From positions 111,216 to 175,215 of the forward strand of contig OZ243039.1 of the NCBI GenBank assembly GCA_965212025.1: a DNA stretch of 64,000 bases. The letters are read 5' to 3'. The notes below the pieces were generated by a model that saw only the letters and a list, made by a program, of their open reading frames with translations, did no database searches and was not told the origin of the DNA. How positions within the stretch are numbered: the stretch's first letter is position 1; every line of letters starts with the position of its first letter. This stretch comes from Candidatus Oxydemutatoraceae bacterium. Lineage in GTDB: Bacteria; Pseudomonadota; Gammaproteobacteria; Poriferisulfidales; Oxydemutatoraceae. Positions 19,539-29,282 of the stretch are shown here, piece by piece. Made by a program: the position numbers and the translations under genes.

Positions 19539-20696
19539 ATGAAAAGACTTATTGTGTTTTTATCCATTCTCCTTTTGGCAGCACTGCTTTTCGCCATCAG
19601 CCTGCTCGGCAATGACGTAGGCTCAGCAACCATTACCGTGGGAGACCTCCTGGTCACCATGGAAATTTCGACCGCTTTACTGCTTTTGTTTGGTCTTTTC
19701 CTGGTGTTTTATGCCGCCCTCACTCTCGTGAAAAAACTGACAGACATTGGTACCTTCAGGAAACGTCTGTCAAGCAAGAGACGCACGAAAGACTTCCAGA
19801 GAGGCCTCGTGGAGTACGCCAAAGGCGTCTGGCCAAAAGCACGGGAACACTTCCATCGCGCTGCGACCGAGCCGGAATTTGCATATCTGGCGTCCACCTA
19901 CGCTGCGCGCTGCGCGTTGAAGCAAAATGACGCCAGAGGAACGCGAGCCGACCTTTGCACCGCACAAGAAGCCAATGTGGATGAAGAAATGCTGTTGCCA
20001 CTGCTTCAGGCCGAACTGCATATTGCCGAGGGACAACTGGTTCTGGCAAAAAATTTCTTGCTGAACATGCTGGAGAAACAACCTCAAAATGTTCACGTGC
20101 TGGAATTACTCGTTGGACTTTGCGCTCGCCTTGGCGCCTGGCTGGAACTGGAGCCCTTGCTGCCACGCGTACAGTCGCTCTTTCGCAACCAGCCAGAGAA
20201 ACAGTTTGAAATCGAGCTGGAAATAGGACGGGCACGGCTGGCTTCGGTTGGGAAGAACAGCACATCAGAGCGGGATTTGAATCGTACATGGAACAGTTAC
20301 AACGAAGGAGTGCGTTTTGCGCTTCAAGGTGAATATTCCGGTGCCTTGGTGTCACTGCGCCGCTATACCGAGGCGGAGCGGTTGCTCAGAAAAGCCATCG
20401 AAAAATCATGGAACCGGGAATATCTGGATCGATACGGGCGGATTGATGGAGGCGACGTGAATGAACGTTTAAAGCACGCGGAAAAGTGGCATCAGGACCG
20501 ACCTGAGGATCCGGAGATACTTTTGTGTCTGGGTCGCTTGTACGTACAAAGCGAGAACTGGAACCAGGCCAGACGCCTGTTGCGGGAAAGTTTTCGCCTG
20601 TCTCCCACATTGGCAACCCACCAGGCACTGCTGTCCATTCCCGACTACTACACAGATCGGCAGGACATAGCAGGCATGCCACTCATCGACAACTGA
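19539..20696 (+). CDS. hemY: HemY-like protein (HemY_N TM domain plus TPR-like repeats)
   Basis: Two N-terminal TM segments (MKRLIVFLSILLLAALLFAISLL… / LLLFGLFLVFYAALTLV) followed by a helical repeat region. Confidence 0.55.
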   Translation: MKRLIVFLSILLLAALLFAISLLGNDVGSATITVGDLLVTMEISTALLLLFGLFLVFYAALTLVKKLTDIGTFRKRLSSKRRTKDFQRGLVEYAKGVWPKAREHFHRAATEPEFAYLASTYAARCALKQNDARGTRADLCTAQEANVDEEMLLPLLQAELHIAEGQLVLAKNFLLNMLEKQPQNVHVLELLVGLCARLGAWLELEPLLPRVQSLFRNQPEKQFEIELEIGRARLASVGKNSTSERDLNRTWNSYNEGVRFALQGEYSGALVSLRRYTEAERLLRKAIEKSWNREYLDRYGRIDGGDVNERLKHAEKWHQDRPEDPEILLCLGRLYVQSENWNQARRLLRESFRLSPTLATHQALLSIPDYYTDRQDIAGMPLIDN

Positions 20697-21077
20697 CTGA
20701 ACCCCGAACCCCTTACAACAATAGCCTCTCGATAAATAACGCCGCTTCACACTGAAAGAGTTCGACGGGTTTGGACAAAAGCGGCAAAGCACCATGAAAA
20801 ACCACCCAAGTCTTCGCTGCATGGCTATCTCCGTCACGTTTCCAGCTGTGCGTGGCCACCTCGGCACCGGGCGGATGGGTCCGGAAGGGGATTTTCCGAA
20901 CAGCCCAGCCGATGAATACGCCGGAGGAAGGAGTTACAGAAAGAATCAGGCGACGCGGCAAGCAACGGGAACACACCCTGAGCAGGTTTGCCTTTCAACT
21001 CCCCATGCTGCCACACGTGTACTCTCTCAAATGATTTTTGCCAGTAAACAAGAGCTGCTTCGGGCGGGAGCGTCAAA

Positions 21078-21566
21078 TTGAAACACTACCGGCTGCTGTT
21101 CATTTTTCTGGTTCTGTTCGCGCTGTGGGGACTGATGTCCGGTGTGCCGGATCCTGTGTTGCTGACTCTTGGAGCTGGCAGCGCCTTTCTCGTGCTGATG
21201 CTTACAGCCCGTTTTGGCATCACGGAAAAACACACACACCTTCCCGCCCTTTACCTCAGACTGCCGATTTTTTTCGGCTGGCTTGCGGGGCGTATTTTTG
21301 TTTCCAGCTTCCAGGTCGCGTTCGTCATCTTGCGCCCGCACCTGAAGATCAACCCTGTGTTTGTTCCCGTCAAAATGAAACGCAGCAGTGACTTGACGCT
21401 GACCATTCACGCGAATTCAATCACCCTGACACCCGGAACCCTAAGCGCCGATCTCACCAGTGATGGAGCCGACGTACACGTCCTGCGCCACAACCCTGAC
21501 ACGCAGTCAGAATTTCAGGAAATGGAAAAGAAAATACTTTTTCTGGAAGGACGCGAGCGACAATGA
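21078..21566 (+). CDS. mrpE: Mrp/Mnh cation:proton antiporter subunit E
   Basis: Two TM segments plus the ITLTPGTLS motif typical of MnhE. Confidence 0.7.
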   Translation: MKHYRLLFIFLVLFALWGLMSGVPDPVLLTLGAGSAFLVLMLTARFGITEKHTHLPALYLRLPIFFGWLAGRIFVSSFQVAFVILRPHLKINPVFVPVKMKRSSDLTLTIHANSITLTPGTLSADLTSDGADVHVLRHNPDTQSEFQEMEKKILFLEGRERQ

Positions 21567-21859
21567 CCACTGCCGCACCACTCGTTATCGCTTTGGCAAT
21601 GCTCCTGGTACTGGTTCGTGCCTGGCGCGGACCGAGTCTGTTTGACCGCATCCTGGCCGCCAACACTTTTGGGATACTGACAATGCTGGCGCTGGTACAG
21701 CTGGCGTTTCGTTTTGAGGAATACCCCCTGATGGACATCGCTCTGGCTTATGCACTCGTAAACTTCATCAGCCTGCTGGCTTTCGCGCGTTTTTTCGAAA
21801 GTTCCGAATTGACGGTGCCGGGCGCCGGGCAGAAAAAACGCCGGGCAAAATATGATTGA
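21563..21859 (+). CDS. mrpF: Mrp antiporter subunit F
   Basis: A roughly 98-aa, three-TM protein. RILAANTFGILTMLAL…LAYALVNFISLLAFARFFE. Its start overlaps the upstream gene. Confidence 0.7.
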   Translation: MTTAAPLVIALAMLLVLVRAWRGPSLFDRILAANTFGILTMLALVQLAFRFEEYPLMDIALAYALVNFISLLAFARFFESSELTVPGAGQKKRRAKYD

Positions 21860-22154
21860 AACAGGGCTTGAGTGGCTGAAGTGGGCTTTTTTTCTCACTG
21901 GTTCATTTTTTGTTTTGTCCGGTAGCATTGGAATGTTACGTCTCCCTGACTTCTTTTGCCGTGTTCATGCGGCAGGGCTGATAGACGGGCTGGGTGCCAC
22001 CGGAATACTGCTGGCGGTCATTCTGCACTCAGGGTTTACGCACGAAGCACTGAAGGCAGGAATCATCATTTTCTTTCTGTTGATCGCCTCGCCGGCTTCT
22101 ACCCACGCGATCAGCCATGCAGCCCGGCATCACGGGCGCAAAAGCGGACATTAA
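21852..22154 (+). CDS. mrpG: Mrp antiporter subunit G
   Basis: A 100-aa, three-TM protein with WLKWAFFLTGSFFVLSGSIGMLRLPDFF… (MnhG-like). Confidence 0.7.
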   Translation: MIETGLEWLKWAFFLTGSFFVLSGSIGMLRLPDFFCRVHAAGLIDGLGATGILLAVILHSGFTHEALKAGIIIFFLLIASPASTHAISHAARHHGRKSGH

Positions 22155-22161
22155 GGTCGCT

Positions 22162-22695
22162 ATGCCGCTCACAGGTGAATTCGTATTTTTTGCATTACTG
22201 GCAATAGTGGCGCTGCTGGTGGCACTCAGCCGCCAATTATTTGCATCGGCGATGATCAGCTCATTGATCAGCCTGCTGGCAGCCGTGCTATATACCTACA
22301 TGGCCGCACCCGACGTCGCGCTGACCGAGGCAGTTGTCGGTGCCGGCCTGACGACGGTGTTTTTTCTTATGGCTATCGCACACGTCAAGGAACACCACTC
22401 GCGCCCCGCCAGACACCGCATTTTTGCTTTGCCACTGGTGTTGCTGACCACCGGACTCCTGGTCTACGCAACGATTGATTTGCCACCCTACGGTAGTCCT
22501 GGCACGCCGGCACATTTACACGTCGGCAGCTATTACCTGGAAAACACCATGCAGGACATTGGCTTGCCAAATGTCGTAACCGCCGTGCTCGCGAGTTACC
22601 GAGGCTTTGACACGCTCGGGGAGCTTTACGTGATTTTTGCAGCGGCTCTTGGCGCCATCACCATTTTTGAAAGCTGTGCAAAAAACAAAAAGTAG
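22162..22695 (+). CDS. MrpA C-terminal-domain-like / MnhB-related membrane protein (DUF4040-like)
   Basis: Several TM segments resembling the MrpB-like C-terminal domain of MrpA. The start is set after the mrpG stop. Confidence 0.5.
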   Translation: MPLTGEFVFFALLAIVALLVALSRQLFASAMISSLISLLAAVLYTYMAAPDVALTEAVVGAGLTTVFFLMAIAHVKEHHSRPARHRIFALPLVLLTTGLLVYATIDLPPYGSPGTPAHLHVGSYYLENTMQDIGLPNVVTAVLASYRGFDTLGELYVIFAAALGAITIFESCAKNKK

Positions 22696-22763
22696 CCAGA
22701 ACCTGAAGCGTTCTGACCAACGGCTGGTCATAGACAACCCGCTTTTACGCGAAACGGTTTTCG

Positions 22764-23137
22764 TGATCGCGCCTGCCGTGCTGCTGTTTGCCCTGTATGT
22801 TCAATTCCACGGTGAGATCGGTGCCGGAGGAGGCTTCCAGGCAGGCGTCATTTTTACTGTTGGCATTATTTTCTGCTGCCTGATTTTTGGCACAAAACAG
22901 ATGAAAAAAGTATTGACTGCCCGAGCCGCTGAAATCCTCAGTTGTGCCGGTGTGCTTCTGTACACGGGAACAGGCTTTGGCACCATGCTGCTCGGAGGCG
23001 ATTTTCTGGACTATGACCTATTGTCCACCAGCCCCCGACTCGGGCAACACATCGGGGTCTTCCTGGTTGAACTGGGTGTCGCCATCACCATTGTCGGTTC
23101 CGTAACCGGGCTCTACTACTATTTCAGAACTTTTTAG
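22764..23137 (+). CDS. mrpB: Mrp antiporter subunit B
   Basis: …HGEIGAGGGFQAGVIFTVGII… (characteristic MnhB GGGFQ motif). The GTG start was chosen and is uncertain; the listed ORF spans 22637..23137. Confidence 0.6.
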
Positions 23138-23146
23138 CCAACCCTA

Positions 23147-23512
23147 ATGTTGGACATCATTGGCAACTCCTATCCCTACTGGGTGATCATATTTCTGGTG
23201 ATGGTCGGGCTTTATATCACCATGGCGTATGGAAACATGATCAAGAAAATGATCGGGCTGAACATTTTTCAGACCGGGGCGCTACTTTTATTCATCGTGA
23301 TCGGCAACAAACACCACGCCACAGCTCCTTTGCTGTCACTGTCGTCTGACAGTTTCGTCAACCCTTTGCCGCATGTATTGGTACTGACTGCAATAGTGGT
23401 GGGATTTGCCACGACCTTGATGGGACTCGCCTTGGCGCTTCGTGCTGACCGCCAGTGGGGCACAACTGACGAAGACACAATCACGGCCTCGCTGAAGAAA
23501 AACGGAAAGTGA
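23147..23512 (+). CDS. mrpC: Mrp antiporter subunit C (NuoK-like)
   Basis: A 121-aa, three-TM protein with IGLNIFQTGALLLFIV…. Confidence 0.7.
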   Translation: MLDIIGNSYPYWVIIFLVMVGLYITMAYGNMIKKMIGLNIFQTGALLLFIVIGNKHHATAPLLSLSSDSFVNPLPHVLVLTAIVVGFATTLMGLALALRADRQWGTTDEDTITASLKKNGK

Positions 23513-24990
23513 CTTCCGTTCTCCCGGCTCTGCCCATCACCGTGCCCTTGATTTGCGCGCCTTTTTGCCTACTGCTGCGATCGCCGAAACTGTCCGGCCT
23601 GCTGGCGCGCGCGGCGGCAATTTTTTGCCTGCTGTGTGCTGGCAGAATGGTTTTTCTCACGTACGATGGCAGCTCGGAAGCGTTGATTTACCACTTTGGC
23701 GGGTGGCCTCCGCCCTGGGGTATCGCTTACCGGGTCACCTCATTGAACGCCTTGCTCGCAACGCTGTTCGCGCTGGTGGCCACGCTGGTTCTAAGTGGCG
23801 CACACCTCAGCATGGCAAAAGAGTCCCCGCACCTCAGAGGCGGCCGCTTTTTCGCGCTCTTTCTGCTCTGCCTGGCAGGACTCATGGGAGTCGTGCTCAG
23901 CGATGACATTTTCCATATTTTTGTTTGCCTGGAAATCTCCTCGCTGTGCACTTACGCGCTGATAGCCACCAGCCCTGACCGCTTCGCGACTCTGGCGTCG
24001 TTTCGCTATCTCATCATCGGGTCGATAGGGGCGACATTTTTCCTCATCGGCATCGCCCTCATTTACTTTGCCACCGGCACTTTGAACCTGCAGGACATCG
24101 CACAGCGACTGCCGGACGTCACTGCCCGCCAGCCGGTATACGCTGCCTACGCTTTCATAGCCACCGGTCTGGCGGTGAAGTTCGCGCTTTTTCCTGTCCA
24201 CCAGTGGCTACCGGCAGCCTACTTGGCTGCCCCCTCACCCGTCACCACTTTCATTTCCGCCACTTCCAGCAAAGCGGCACTGTACGTCTTCATTTCTCTG
24301 TTCGTCGGAACTTTTGCTTCTGACCAGGTATTGTCCGGGCTTTCGCTGGGAAAGGTGCTGCTCGGATTGTCAGTGATCGCCATTCTCTACGCTTCGGTCA
24401 AGGCGCTTCAGCAAAAAAACATAAAAAAAATGATGGCATGGTCCAGCGTTGCACAAATTGGCTACATCACACTGGCCATCGGCCTTGCCACCGAGCGCGG
24501 AATCAGCGCCGGGATGATCCATATTTTTAATCATGCGCTGATCAAAAGCGGCATCTTTCTTGCCCTCGCCTGTGTGGCCTACCGTCTGGGCTCCTGTCAT
24601 ATTGACGAGTTGGCCGGTCTGGGCAAACGAATGCCATGGACTACGACAGCCATCATTCTGGGTGGTCTCAGCCTCTCTGGAGTCCCGCTCAGCGCCGGAT
24701 TCATCAGCAAGTGGTATCTGGTCGAGGCGTCTCTTGGCGCTGGCTACTGGCCCTTGATTGCCGTAATACTGGCAGGCTCCCTGCTGTCACTCTGCTATCT
24801 TTGGCGTTTCGTCGAGGTCGCCTGTTTTCAGAATGCCAAGGCTGGCTCGGTGCGCCAGGAAGCCCCGCTGGCCTTACTGCTTCCAAGCTGGATCCTGGTC
24901 GGTCTCAATCTCTTTTTTGGCGTCCACGCAGAGCCAATCGTGAACATTGCCCGACACGCCACCGCCGAGTTGATGAGGATGGCGTTGTGA
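23509..24990 (+). CDS. mrpD: Mrp antiporter subunit D (NuoN/M-like proton-conducting membrane subunit)
   Basis: A 493-aa polytopic protein with NuoM/N-like conserved helices (…WLPAAYLAAPSPVTTFISATSSKAALY…). Confidence 0.7.
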   Translation: MTSVLPALPITVPLICAPFCLLLRSPKLSGLLARAAAIFCLLCAGRMVFLTYDGSSEALIYHFGGWPPPWGIAYRVTSLNALLATLFALVATLVLSGAHLSMAKESPHLRGGRFFALFLLCLAGLMGVVLSDDIFHIFVCLEISSLCTYALIATSPDRFATLASFRYLIIGSIGATFFLIGIALIYFATGTLNLQDIAQRLPDVTARQPVYAAYAFIATGLAVKFALFPVHQWLPAAYLAAPSPVTTFISATSSKAALYVFISLFVGTFASDQVLSGLSLGKVLLGLSVIAILYASVKALQQKNIKKMMAWSSVAQIGYITLAIGLATERGISAGMIHIFNHALIKSGIFLALACVAYRLGSCHIDELAGLGKRMPWTTTAIILGGLSLSGVPLSAGFISKWYLVEASLGAGYWPLIAVILAGSLLSLCYLWRFVEVACFQNAKAGSVRQEAPLALLLPSWILVGLNLFFGVHAEPIVNIARHATAELMRMAL

Positions 24991-26420
24991 GTTACGAGGC
25001 ATGGCTTTTGGTGCTGATCCTGGTGACGCCTTTTCTCTCCGCCATGGGTATTTTCCTGCTGAGAGAGCGTCCCCGGGAAAGAAATGGGCTGACCGCCATT
25101 GTTTCTTTCGTACCACTGGTACTTTTTGCCTTATTACTGGACAGCGACCAAGGCGAAGCACGTTTTGAACTTCTGGAAATCGCCCCAGGGCTGGCTATCA
25201 GCTTTGCTTTGGAGCCTTTGGGTCTGGTTTTCACCGGGCTCGTCGCGGCGCTATGGCCGCTCAGCATGCTGTATTCCATGTCTTACCTGTACGCCAACCG
25301 ATTAAGCAGAAAATCCAGATTTTTTGGTTTCTTTTCCCTGGCGGTAGGCGCCACCTTTGGTGTTGCACTCGCCGGCGACCTCCTCAGCTTATTGATCTTT
25401 TATGAACTGCTGACATTCTGCACCTATCCTTTGGTCACCCACTCGGGCACCCAGAGCGCGCGAAGTGCCGGGCGGCTCTACCTTGCCATGCTCGTCGGGA
25501 CTTCCATTCTGTTTCTGCTGCCTTTCATCATCTGGCTCTGGTTCCAATGTGGAACACTCAGTTTTGTCTCAGGCGGCTTTGTCGGCAACTGCACAGATAT
25601 CCAGACCGCCAACTGGCTTGTGCCTTTGTTCATTCTTGGCGTTGGCAAGGCCGCGATCATGCCTTTGCACCGCTGGTTGCCGGGGGCCATGGTCGCACCG
25701 GCGCCTGTCAGCGCGCTCTTGCACGCAGTGGCAGTGGTCAAAGCCGGCGTTTTCACCATTGCAAAGATTTTTGTTTACGTTTTCGGGCTGGATTTTCTGG
25801 CGGAAATGAACATCAGCTGGCTGGTATATTTAAGCGGTGGCTCCGCCGTAATCGCCTATTTGATCACCATAAGTCAAGACAACCTGAAAAAACGTCTCGC
25901 CTACTCCACAATCGGCCAGTTGTCTTTAATAACCATGGGCATTGCACTTTTACAGACAGCCTTGTTGGGCGCCTTGTTCAACATAGTGACGCACGCTGTC
26001 GGGAAAATAACCCTGTTTTTTGCCGCCGGAGCCATTCAAACCGCAACCGGCATTACCAAGGTCAGTGAAATGGATGGAGTCGGGCGTGCCATGCCCGTCA
26101 CCATGACGACTTTTGCCATCGCCTCGTTTTCTCTGATCGGGATACCACCTTTGGGCGGCTTTTTTGTCAAGCTTTGGCTGCTTCAGGGAGCCTTGACAGT
26201 GGAAAATTATTTTGCGCTTGCCGTGCTGATCATAAGCCCTCTTTTGGGCGCGGCGTTTTTATTGCCCATTGTCCAGCGTGCCTTCGCTGGCACCGCACCG
26301 AAAACACTGTCCGCCCCCCCTGTCGCCATGCGGATTTCCCTGCTGATACCCGCCGCTGCGCTGCTTCTGATTTTCTTTTTCCCAGACACACTGATGCAAA
26401 TCCTGGAGACCGTGAAGTGA
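24987..26420 (+). CDS. Second MrpD/NuoM-like proton-conducting membrane subunit
   Basis: A GTG start overlaps the mrpD stop. …AIMPLHRWLPGAMVAPAPVSALLHAVAVVKAGVF… The ATG start of the listed ORF at 24636 lies inside mrpD in another frame. Confidence 0.65.
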   Translation: MSYEAWLLVLILVTPFLSAMGIFLLRERPRERNGLTAIVSFVPLVLFALLLDSDQGEARFELLEIAPGLAISFALEPLGLVFTGLVAALWPLSMLYSMSYLYANRLSRKSRFFGFFSLAVGATFGVALAGDLLSLLIFYELLTFCTYPLVTHSGTQSARSAGRLYLAMLVGTSILFLLPFIIWLWFQCGTLSFVSGGFVGNCTDIQTANWLVPLFILGVGKAAIMPLHRWLPGAMVAPAPVSALLHAVAVVKAGVFTIAKIFVYVFGLDFLAEMNISWLVYLSGGSAVIAYLITISQDNLKKRLAYSTIGQLSLITMGIALLQTALLGALFNIVTHAVGKITLFFAAGAIQTATGITKVSEMDGVGRAMPVTMTTFAIASFSLIGIPPLGGFFVKLWLLQGALTVENYFALAVLIISPLLGAAFLLPIVQRAFAGTAPKTLSAPPVAMRISLLIPAAALLLIFFFPDTLMQILETVK

Positions 26421-26632
26421 AGAAACTGCTTTTCTGCTGCCTGCTGCTGCTTGGACTCTCCTTGCTGGTCACCGAGTATTTCTTTGAATATCACCTGGAA
26501 ATCCCCTTTGCCAAAAACGGGTTTTTTGCCTGGTATGGCTTCCTGAGTTGCGTGTTGTTCATGACTGTCGCCTTGGGGGTCGGGAAGCTGCTGAAGCGCC
26601 GGGAAGACTACTACGATGAAGACAGGCCGTAG
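26417..26632 (+). CDS. Small two-TM membrane protein (71 aa) with a charged tail …KLLKRREDYYDEDRP
   Basis: A GTG start overlaps the upstream stop. Its 3' half is the unit that is tandemly duplicated downstream. Confidence 0.45.
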   Translation: MKKLLFCCLLLLGLSLLVTEYFFEYHLEIPFAKNGFFAWYGFLSCVLFMTVALGVGKLLKRREDYYDEDRP

Positions 26633-27515
26633 GATGACAAGCCTTGGGGGTCGGGAAGCTGCTGAAGCGCCGGGAAGACTACTACGATGAAGACAGGCCT
26701 TCATGACAAGCCTTGACGTCCGGGAAGCTGCTGAAGCGCCGGGAAGACTACTACGATGAAGACAGGCTCATGACAGCCTTGACATCCGGGAAGCGGGTCA
26801 CAGGCTTTGTGGCATCAATCATGACGCTTAAACCTGGAAATCTCCTTTGCCAAAAACGGGTTTTTTGCCTGGTATGGCTTCCTGAGTTGCGTGTTGCTCA
26901 TGTCTGTCGCCTTGGGGGTCGGGAAGCTGCTGAAGCGCCGGGAAGACTACTACGATGAAGACGGCCGTAGGATGATAAGCCTTGACGTCCGGGAAGCGGG
27001 TCACAGGCTTTGTGGCATCAATCATGACGCTTAAACCTGGAAATCTCCTTTGCCAAAAACGGGTTTTTTGCCTGGTATGGCTTCCTGAGTTGCGTGTTGC
27101 TCATGTCTGTCGCCTTGGGTGTCGGGAAGCTGCTGAAGCACCGGGAAGACTACTACGATGAAGACAGGCCGTAGAGATGACAAGCCTTGACGTCCGGGAA
27201 GCTGCTGAAGCGCCGGGAAGACTACTACGATGAAGACAGGCCGTAGAGATGATAAGCCTTGACATCCGGGAAGCGGGTCACAGGCTTTGTGGCATCAATC
27301 ATGACGCTTAACCCTGGAAATCTCCTTTGCCAAAAACGGGTTTTTTGCCTGGTATGGCTTCCTGAGTTGCGTGTTGCTCATGTCTGTCGCCTTGGGGGTC
27401 GGGAAGCTGCTGAAGCACCGGGAAGACTACTACGATGAAGACGGCCGCAGGATGTTAAGCCTTGACGTCCGGGAAGCGGGTCACAGGCTTTGTGGCATCA
27501 ATCATGACGCTTAAA
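26490..27515. repeat. Complex tandem-duplication array. About four more copies of the 3' half of the small gene occur (roughly 196-240-bp units with nested roughly 64-bp sub-repeats)
   Basis: ctggaaatctcctttgccaaaaacgggttttttgcctggtatggcttcctgagttgcgtgttgctcatgtctgtcgccttggg.gtcgggaagctgctgaagc.ccgggaagactactacgatgaagac… recurs at about 26821, 27040 and 27313 with point differences. Confidence 0.85.
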
Positions 27516-27519
27516 GCAG

Positions 27520-29208
27520 ATGGTTGAGGCGGCTTATTCACCGACTTTCACACCCGCCTTGCTTTTGTTCGCGAGTGCCGTGTTGTTCCCGTTTACTCCC
27601 CAGGCTTTGCGGAGCATGGTTTTGCTACTTTTGCCACTGCTGGTGCTCGTTTTGATTTGGCTGCCGGCAGCAAGCGCCTACCCGGAATGGGAGCTTGCCG
27701 GTTTTCACTTAACTCCCTATCAGCCGCAAGCTGCCGGCAAAGTATTTGCGAGCGCGTTCCTCTTGGCGTTGTTTGCCGGCAACCTCTTCGCACTCAGACA
27801 CGCCAATCTGCTGGAACTGAGCGCTGCACAACTTTATATCGGGAGCGCTGTCGCCCTGGTTTTGTGCGGAGACCTGATCAGCTTTTTTATTTTTTGGGAG
27901 GTCATGACCATCGGTTCAAGCCTGATCCTTTTCGCCGCCGGCACCAAAGCCTCCAGCCAGTCCGGCCTGCGCTACGTATTCGTCCACCTCTTGTCCACGG
28001 CTTTAATGCTTGCCGGAATCTCCGGGCTGGTGGTCGCAGAAGGCGGCGATATCAGCCTCCGTGTGCTGGATGCGGGCACCTTGCACGGAGGCCTGTTCCT
28101 GGCGGGTATTTTGATCAATGCCGGAGCACCCCCGTTTTCTTCCTGGATCTCCGACTCCTACCCGGAAGCCACCCCTGTCGGAACCGTTTTCCTGTCGACT
28201 TGTACCACCAAGGCGGCGGTGTATGCCCTGCTGATATTCTTTCCGGGAGAAACCATTCTGATGGCTTTTGGCCTGTTCATGATTTTTTACGGGATTGTGT
28301 ACTCCCTGCTGGAAAACAACATCCGCCGCATCCTCTCCTACAGCACCGTCAACCAAGTTGGGTTCATGATCACCGGAATCGGCCTTGGCTTTCCCATCGC
28401 TCTGGATGGTGCAACCGCCCACGCTTTTGCCCACTTGATTTTCAAGGGATTGCTTTTCATGTCGGCAGGTAGCGTCTGCATGATGGCCGGAAAAGAAAAA
28501 TGCACAGAACTTGGCGGGCTGTACGGGAACATGAAAATCACCATGGTGTGCGGCATCATCGGGGCACTGTCCATGTCTGCCCTGCCACTGACTTCCGGCT
28601 TTGTCTCCAAGTCGCTGATGCTATACACGATGCAGTTCGAGCAGCACCTCGTTTTGTGGCTGGTGATTACCGCTGCTTCGGCCGGCAGTTTTCTTCACAT
28701 TGGAATCATGTACCCATGGTTCGTATTCTTTCGCCGCAGGCCACACCTGCCATCCCAGGATCCACCCGCCAATATGTGCCTGGCAATGTTGTTTTATTCC
28801 TTCCTCTGCCTGTTTATCGGTGTTTTCCCCACCGTCCTGTATGGGTTGCTCCCCGAGTCACCCGAATTCACCCCCTACACTTTTTCCCACGTGATCCCCC
28901 AACTGCAGCTGCTGTTTTTCTCCTTGGTCGCTTTTATTGTCATGTTGCCGCTGCTGAACAGAACCGACACCCGGAGCCTGGAATTTGACTGGATATACCG
29001 GAGCCTGGGCAAACGCGCCTATACAAGGGTGGTGCACTTTTGTTCAAACGCTGACCAACACCTGCACCTGAACATGGTGCGGGTAAGAAATTTCGGGCGT
29101 GCGTGCCTATTAGAGAAAACCAGACTCTGGCCTGGCAGCATATCGCTCGCTGCCGCTATCGCATGCCTCGTGGCGCTACTGGCTTTCCTGCTGCTGTTGC
29201 AGCGCTGA
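27520..29208 (+). CDS. Third NuoL/MrpA-N/MrpD-like proton-conducting membrane subunit (562 aa)
   Basis: A polytopic protein with …LLENNIRRILSYSTVNQVGFMITGIGLG…AHLIFKGLLFMSAG… (NuoL/M/N family signature region). Confidence 0.65.
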   Translation: MVEAAYSPTFTPALLLFASAVLFPFTPQALRSMVLLLLPLLVLVLIWLPAASAYPEWELAGFHLTPYQPQAAGKVFASAFLLALFAGNLFALRHANLLELSAAQLYIGSAVALVLCGDLISFFIFWEVMTIGSSLILFAAGTKASSQSGLRYVFVHLLSTALMLAGISGLVVAEGGDISLRVLDAGTLHGGLFLAGILINAGAPPFSSWISDSYPEATPVGTVFLSTCTTKAAVYALLIFFPGETILMAFGLFMIFYGIVYSLLENNIRRILSYSTVNQVGFMITGIGLGFPIALDGATAHAFAHLIFKGLLFMSAGSVCMMAGKEKCTELGGLYGNMKITMVCGIIGALSMSALPLTSGFVSKSLMLYTMQFEQHLVLWLVITAASAGSFLHIGIMYPWFVFFRRRPHLPSQDPPANMCLAMLFYSFLCLFIGVFPTVLYGLLPESPEFTPYTFSHVIPQLQLLFFSLVAFIVMLPLLNRTDTRSLEFDWIYRSLGKRAYTRVVHFCSNADQHLHLNMVRVRNFGRACLLEKTRLWPGSISLAAAIACLVALLAFLLLLQR

Positions 29209-29282
29209 ACAAAACCACACCTTTCGCCGCATGCATTCAGACTGTTTCGCCCGACATCCCGCTTCCATCCACCCGGGTTCCA

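Noticed and set aside
20794-21081. 95-aa ORF between hemY and mrpE
   Set aside because: No RBS is present. It is rich in Arg, Gly and Pro and overlaps antisense ORFs of similar quality. It is probably non-coding spacer.
26174-26632. 152-aa ORF suggesting a larger protein upstream of the small membrane protein
   Set aside because: Its N-terminal 80 aa overlap the end of the second mrpD-like gene in another frame and are Arg/Cys-rich. The real gene most likely starts at GTG 26417.
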